Virus record (IMG/VR): IMGVR_UViG_3300042505_000794
Location: 15,190-79,189 of that record
From: a virus
Strand: one strand, 5' to 3'
DNA: 64,000 nucleotides
Shown: one piece after another, positions 59,141 to 64,000 of the stretch
How the letters are laid out: each line of letters opens with the position of its first letter
Position numbering within the stretch: position 1 is the first letter of the stretch
Notes under the pieces: generated by a model
What the model was told of the DNA's origin: nothing
The model's input: only the letters and a program-made list of their open reading frames with translations
The model's database searches: none
Position numbers and translations under genes: made by a program

Positions 59141-59173
59141 AAAGAGATGTAGTATTTTGCTGCATCTCTTTTT
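59141..59173 (+). terminator. Intrinsic terminator
   Basis: AAAGAGATGTAG...CTGCATCTCTTTTT. Confidence 0.75.
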
Positions 59174-59227
59174 ACCTGTTAGAAGTACTATAAATATTAT
59201 ATCTATACTCATTTTATGGAGATAAAC

Positions 59228-59365
59228 ATGAAACTTTTACAAGAATTATATGAAAAATATTCCGGTTATGTACCGGTAGCTAAAGAAACTATTGCTAAAG
59301 TGTATCATAATGATTACATGAAGCAGAAAAAGAAACATGCAAAAAGAAAAACTGCTAAAAAATAA
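59228..59365 (+). CDS. 45-aa basic late protein MKLLQELYE...KQKKKHAKRKTAKK
   Basis: TATAAATA at 59189; GGAG RBS; absent from the ORF track. Confidence 0.7.
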   Translation: MKLLQELYEKYSGYVPVAKETIAKVYHNDYMKQKKKHAKRKTAKK

Positions 59366-59393
59366 CCATTTTTAATCTAAATATTATTATTAT

Positions 59394-60269
59394 ATGAAAC
59401 AATCGTTTAGAGAAAATAAAATGGAAAATATAACAAGTGATATTTTAAGATTAGCAGGTGTACCTGCAGATCGAATTAATCTTGTACATCCTGTACCTCA
59501 AGTTCAAGCACCATGTAACAATAGTGTAAAATATGTACTGGTAGATGTAATTGACACCTATACAGATCACTACGATAAATGCACAGCTATTAATGTTAAA
59601 TCTGTGTATAATGAAATCATTCAACAATTAGATGAACTCGTTGGTTGTTTAGCCAGACATTGTGACGAACAAGCGATTGATAAATTTAATAGATTAGATG
59701 ATAAAATTAAACGTGATATCATGAAGGCAGATTGTGGCGGTGTAGCTAAAGCGTTTTTTAAATGTGGTAGTTGTACAGACACACATGGACAGGAAGAGCA
59801 AGAACATCCTGAACCTAGTGAAGAAGAGTTAAATGATCCTGAGGATCAAGCTTCTGCATCACCTGCAGTTACAATAATCAAATTAAAAGAATCTGATGAA
59901 CCTGAAGAATGTGAGACAGCCACATGTGATATTCCAGATGTTACAGTTCCAGCTGATGTCATATCAGATATTAAGTTGAAGATTAAAGAACTTGATGATG
60001 GGAACAACTTCCAGTATTATAAACACTTAGCTAACGCAGATGATGTTCAACAACACTACAGTCGCGTAAAAGAAGCGTTGGAATCGTTGTTGATGTATTT
60101 AACTGATGCGAATGAAATTTCTGTTAAAAATGCAGCAGTGTATATGTCTTCTTTGGATTCAGCGACAGCTCATAAGATTCCTGCATCTGTATGGAAATAC
60201 TTATCGTTAACGTTCTATAACAAAAATTATGTTTCTATCCGTGATAGAATGAAAGAAATTAAAATATAG
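59394..60269 (+). CDS. Hypothetical acidic late protein
   Basis: TAAATA upstream; ILRLAGV motif; acidic linker; the start may be 59421. Confidence 0.7.
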   Translation: MKQSFRENKMENITSDILRLAGVPADRINLVHPVPQVQAPCNNSVKYVLVDVIDTYTDHYDKCTAINVKSVYNEIIQQLDELVGCLARHCDEQAIDKFNRLDDKIKRDIMKADCGGVAKAFFKCGSCTDTHGQEEQEHPEPSEEELNDPEDQASASPAVTIIKLKESDEPEECETATCDIPDVTVPADVISDIKLKIKELDDGNNFQYYKHLANADDVQQHYSRVKEALESLLMYLTDANEISVKNAAVYMSSLDSATAHKIPASVWKYLSLTFYNKNYVSIRDRMKEIKI

Positions 60270-60279
60270 GTACATTGAA

Positions 60280-60792
60280 ATGAATCTAATTAAAGAGTTG
60301 AATGAATCGTATATTCATGAATTAGAAGAAGTAACTAATGATTTAGTTAACTTATCTGAAAACTGTCTTCTTATTTTAGAAGCTGATGAAAAGAAAGTTG
60401 CGCATACCGCGTCATCTTTTTTATCACACTTTGCTGACGGTATTAAGCATCATACACTTGGTAACATGTCATCTGCAGCTGTTAAAAATAAATTTGGTAT
60501 TTTAGCTGTATTACATTTAATGTTACATTCAGCAAAACCACAAACATTAGAAAAACCGTCAATTAAAAAATATCTACATAATGACCCTGATCTCACATCT
60601 AGTGAATCATCTAGTGCTGAAAAAACAATTTTAGGTGCATTATCAAAATTACAACACGGTGAATTAACTGGTGCAAAATGTAAACAACATTACCTCGACA
60701 TGTTTAGTGACGACCCGGATAAACTTTATAAAGAAGTGATGGCACTGAAGCGAAAATATTCTAAAATTGTAAAATATACAGAAAAAGAATAA
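60280..60792 (+). CDS. Hypothetical late protein (MNLIKELNE N-terminus)
   Basis: 170-aa ORF continuing the operon. Confidence 0.7.
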   Translation: MNLIKELNESYIHELEEVTNDLVNLSENCLLILEADEKKVAHTASSFLSHFADGIKHHTLGNMSSAAVKNKFGILAVLHLMLHSAKPQTLEKPSIKKYLHNDPDLTSSESSSAEKTILGALSKLQHGELTGAKCKQHYLDMFSDDPDKLYKEVMALKRKYSKIVKYTEKE

Positions 60793-60819
60793 AAAAAGGC
60801 CTCATATGAGGCCTTTTTT
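60791..60819. terminator. Bidirectional intrinsic terminator
   Basis: AAAAAAAGGCCTCATATGAGGCCTTTTTT. Confidence 0.88.
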
Positions 60820-60820
60820 A

Positions 60821-61489
60821 TTATTTACAAGTTGATAAGAACTCTTGTCGAATTTGTGGATCTGATATAAATCTTCCAGACATTGCGCAAGTTGCCATAA
60901 AGCTGCTTGTATCTTCAACTCCTCTTAATTCAACACACATGTGGTGAGCGTTAACCACTACCGCAACATGTTCTGTATCTAAAATACATTTTAACGCTTC
61001 CATTATCTGATGGTTTAGTCGTTCTTGTACTTGTGGACGTCTACCAAAGAAATTAACTACACGGTTAATTTTAGAGGTTCCAATAACTGTTTTGTTAGGA
61101 ATATACGCAACATGGATACCACCACCTTGTTTATTGATGATAGGTAGTAAATGATGTTCACAGAAACTTTTTGTTTCAATGTTGTGAACAGCAATGTATT
61201 CATCTGGACACGACATTTTATTTTCAAATGTGCTACATTTAGGAAAATTATCATAATTTAACCCGTTGAACACTTCATTAACATACATTTTACTAACACG
61301 GTGACTTGTTTTTTCTAACGAATCATCTGTTGTATCTAAATGTAATAATTTTAAAATTGCTTCAACGTGTGGTTCAATTTGTTCAATTTGTTCAGTCGGT
61401 GTTAGTACTTTTGCTACCATAGGAGTTTCAATACCAACAGCTACTAAATGCTCGTGTACTTTTTTACCTAATTCAGGATCTTTCTTCAT
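60821..61489 (-). CDS. folE: GTP cyclohydrolase I
   Basis: SFCEHHLLP, HVAYIP, GxSKINRVV, RRPQVQERL, HMCVELRGV. Confidence 0.95.
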   Translation of the reverse strand: MKKDPELGKKVHEHLVAVGIETPMVAKVLTPTEQIEQIEPHVEAILKLLHLDTTDDSLEKTSHRVSKMYVNEVFNGLNYDNFPKCSTFENKMSCPDEYIAVHNIETKSFCEHHLLPIINKQGGGIHVAYIPNKTVIGTSKINRVVNFFGRRPQVQERLNHQIMEALKCILDTEHVAVVVNAHHMCVELRGVEDTSSFMATCAMSGRFISDPQIRQEFLSTCK

Positions 61490-61533
61490 TATACTGCTCC
61501 TTTACGTTAATATCTAGTTAATTATAACATATA

Positions 61534-62004
61534 TCAATTAGGTAATCCACTTATTTTCATAATTTGTCTATCGTTACATGTCCAAAGTTCATAAGTTTGT
61601 TCACCGTTAACGGACGCGCCTAACCGTTGATCGATATCGGTACCATCTAATATTGCTGATCTTACTTTTTCTTCTGATCTATGATTAGAACCAACTTCAT
61701 ACATCCACATTTCGGAATACATCCCATCACGACTTGCACGTTTATAAATTAAATGTGCTCCAGTTACAGTACGGATTAACCCTTGTCTATCTGGATCTTC
61801 CGGTTCTTTTTCATCCTCGTCGGTATGTTCTTCTCTATTATGATTACCTACTTCATCGGTGATATCTTTGATTCCATGCTCATTATCAATGTCTTCCTCA
61901 GGTTCGTCCTGATCTGAATCTTCTCTATCTCTAGCATCTTGATTTAATTCGATTAACTTAAACTTTGCTTCGGATAAATAATAATCACTAAACGTGCTTT
62001 TCAT
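61534..62004 (-). CDS. Hypothetical acidic protein
   Basis: DPDRQGLIRTV.GAHLIYKR...WMY after an acidic stretch. Confidence 0.7.
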   Translation of the reverse strand: MKSTFSDYYLSEAKFKLIELNQDARDREDSDQDEPEEDIDNEHGIKDITDEVGNHNREEHTDEDEKEPEDPDRQGLIRTVTGAHLIYKRASRDGMYSEMWMYEVGSNHRSEEKVRSAILDGTDIDQRLGASVNGEQTYELWTCNDRQIMKISGLPN

Positions 62005-62038
62005 GATTGTACCTATAATTTAAAATATACGAGGCTAT

Positions 62039-62428
62039 ATGCAAATAACACTTACTAATATCTCACATAATAGCGCTAATATTGATGAGTCCTACCCGTA
62101 CGTTACAACAATATGTTTTAAGAATAATTCACAGGTGTCAGGAATTATTGATAATGTTTACGGGAAAACATTGTGCATGTATTTAATAGATCCTAAAATA
62201 CAAGGAGACTATTTTGATTCAATTATACAAATAGCAGAGCAATGGTACAATAACAATTTTGTTAACCCTATATCGGTTACATTCGAACAAGCTGGGATTA
62301 AACAATACGCTGCACCACTGTGTAAAATGTATAGTCTATCTAATATAACAGGTATAGACGGACCTGTTTTTTCTTTTTATGATAAACCAATTTTAATCAA
62401 GAAACAGCAAATCCGAGTTGAGAAATGA
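62039..62428 (+). CDS. Hypothetical protein
   Basis: GAGG RBS; YPYVT...GIIDN. Confidence 0.65.
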   Translation: MQITLTNISHNSANIDESYPYVTTICFKNNSQVSGIIDNVYGKTLCMYLIDPKIQGDYFDSIIQIAEQWYNNNFVNPISVTFEQAGIKQYAAPLCKMYSLSNITGIDGPVFSFYDKPILIKKQQIRVEK

Positions 62429-62761
62429 TTTAAAAGATACCCACTCGGTCACTGAACTATTTTGCACCAGTGCTTGAGCTTCTTGTGTTAATTGTTGGGA
62501 GTCATCAATGATTCCCTCCATTTTCAATAATTCAACGCTTTCTTCGTCAATTGTAATTGTATTATCTTCGTACGAATATTCGATGATACCTAATTCATCT
62601 AATATATCTCTTGCAGCTACTAGCTGATCTGTACGTAAACTAACTCTAGCTGGTTCATTTAACGCACCAACTAATACAGCTTTAGCTAATACAGTTTTCT
62701 GTGCATCTGTTAATTCAATACTGCTTAATGTGTTTTTGCGGTCTTCAAATATGTTAATCAT
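62393..62761 (-). CDS. Hypothetical protein
   Basis: ATGA overlap with the upstream gene. Confidence 0.6.
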   Translation of the reverse strand: MINIFEDRKNTLSSIELTDAQKTVLAKAVLVGALNEPARVSLRTDQLVAARDILDELGIIEYSYEDNTITIDEESVELLKMEGIIDDSQQLTQEAQALVQNSSVTEWVSFKSFLNSDLLFLD

Positions 62762-63339
62762 AAAATATTAGCCTGAATTAAATGTAATTGTAGTACCACT
62801 ATATGCGCATACGCTACCGCATGTGATTTTTTATAATCACTACTACTTTGTTTTTGGTATATTAGTAATCTTGTTGATTTTTTATCTGTTAAGTATTTAT
62901 TCAATAAAATCATTTTCCCTGGTCGTATTAATGCTATACAATCTGCAAGTTCCATAATGGTTTTAGGTTTTACCTGAGATAATAATTTATAATGTTTATT
63001 TAATTGAAATAATTTGTGTGTTTGATTAGGGTCTAATAATATATTCCAATTAGGTTCTTTCTTGATTAAAGTTTTAATTTGTTTCTTATCGGTAAACATA
63101 TCTAGCACTGATACGTGCAACATATCAATTTTAAAATACCCGTATTCAGATATATGATCGTAAGGTATTGCAGAGAACTTTGTAACAGGATCAACCGGAA
63201 TGTTTTGAAAGTGTACACCAACAGGGTGTTTTACTAATTCATTATTGTGTATACGTGAAGCGTAGACACATTCAGGAAATATATTTTTAGGTATAAAATC
63301 ACTCGTAGTATCAATATCAATATCAGCATAGTGTTTCAT
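62758..63339 (-). CDS. Miniature DNA polymerase III alpha (DnaE)-like protein
   Basis: ADIDID, KHPVGV, FKIDML, ALIRPG, YKKSHAVAYA within 193 aa; GGAGG RBS. Confidence 0.8.
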   Translation of the reverse strand: MKHYADIDIDTTSDFIPKNIFPECVYASRIHNNELVKHPVGVHFQNIPVDPVTKFSAIPYDHISEYGYFKIDMLHVSVLDMFTDKKQIKTLIKKEPNWNILLDPNQTHKLFQLNKHYKLLSQVKPKTIMELADCIALIRPGKMILLNKYLTDKKSTRLLIYQKQSSSDYKKSHAVAYAHIVVLQLHLIQANIL

Positions 63340-63458
63340 CTTGATGTCCTCCCTTAATCATTATATAATATCTCATGAAAAATAACTATTGTTTTTTGCA
63401 TGAAAATACTATATACTATATAAGATTGTTATAGATTACCTAAAAATGAGGACTTAAA

Positions 63459-64000
63459 ATGCTATTAAACCCACAAGAAATTGTCAAAAATCAAATCGTT
63501 AAAGGTACCGTAAGTGTTCAACCAAACGCAATTGATTTTGATATTGATAGTGTCAATATGATTGAACCATCACTTGCATATATTTCAAACGATAAACAAC
63601 ATGTTCAGCATGCAGCACAACGTACTATTGATTTAACTGATGCAATGGATTTACAAAAAGTATACGGTGTTACACATCCTGATCGTGAATTAGAAAGAGG
63701 TGAATGTTTAGGTTGGTACTTAGAACCTAATCGTGCATACGACGTTACCAGTAGCGCATATGTAGAAGTACCTGAAGGTGCAGCAGCATTTTTAATTCCT
63801 CGTTCTACATTTACACGTAATGCTGTATCAATGTCATCAGGACTGTATGACTCAGGTTTCAAAGGTAATATCGGTTTCGTATTGAAAACAGGCAACGTTC
63901 CGGTTTTTGTTGAAAGAAATACATTTGTCGGTCAAATTTATTTCACTGATTCACAAAATGCCAGTAGTTACAAAGGCGGTTACAATACTAAAGACGGTCA
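63459..64000 (+). CDS. dCTP deaminase/dUTPase family protein (3'-truncated)
   Basis: GAGG RBS; VQPNAID, PRSTFTRN, SGLYDSGFKG, VGQI; runs off the window. Confidence 0.85.
   Translation, partial: MLLNPQEIVKNQIVKGTVSVQPNAIDFDIDSVNMIEPSLAYISNDKQHVQHAAQRTIDLTDAMDLQKVYGVTHPDRELERGECLGWYLEPNRAYDVTSSAYVEVPEGAAAFLIPRSTFTRNAVSMSSGLYDSGFKGNIGFVLKTGNVPVFVERNTFVGQIYFTDSQNASSYKGGYNTKDG

Noticed and set aside
1-64000. Stop-codon reassignment
   Set aside because: Conserved genes are full length in the standard code, and TAA, TAG and TGA all end genes at sensible positions

Overview
AT-rich segment of a T4-superfamily jumbo myophage, standard genetic code, probably with a proteobacterial host (sigma70-type early promoters, TraR/DksA zinc fingers). 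From left to right: (1) early/accessory genes (metallophosphoesterase, gp62-like clamp-loader subunit, CobB-type sirtuin, Pol-beta nucleotidyltransferase); (2) head genes (scaffold, major capsid) followed directly by an intact metacaspase; (3) an ~18 kb array of paralogous modular fibre proteins, including a 2822-aa repeat protein; (4) neck gp13/gp14 with a GNAT gene between them, then gp15, sheath, tube, gp4-like nuclease and small terminase; (5) a fractured large terminase: an atypically split intein at the Walker B motif (30-aa IntN, ~110-aa IntC) with a free-standing HNH endonuclease gene between the halves, plus a second, contiguous mini-intein of the same family; (6) six tandem paralogous baseplate/fibre genes; (7) 7-deazaguanine synthesis genes (queC, a stand-alone Gat, queE, folE) interleaved with late genes carrying an MKLxE-type N-terminal motif, then a signal-peptide cell-wall hydrolase, a miniature DnaE-like protein and a partial dCTP deaminase/dUTPase. 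Non-coding highlights: a ~70-nt element present twice (35.3 kb and 56.3 kb) and a structured, T-loop-containing leader before the hydrolase. All calls come from motif recognition by eye; no searches were run.
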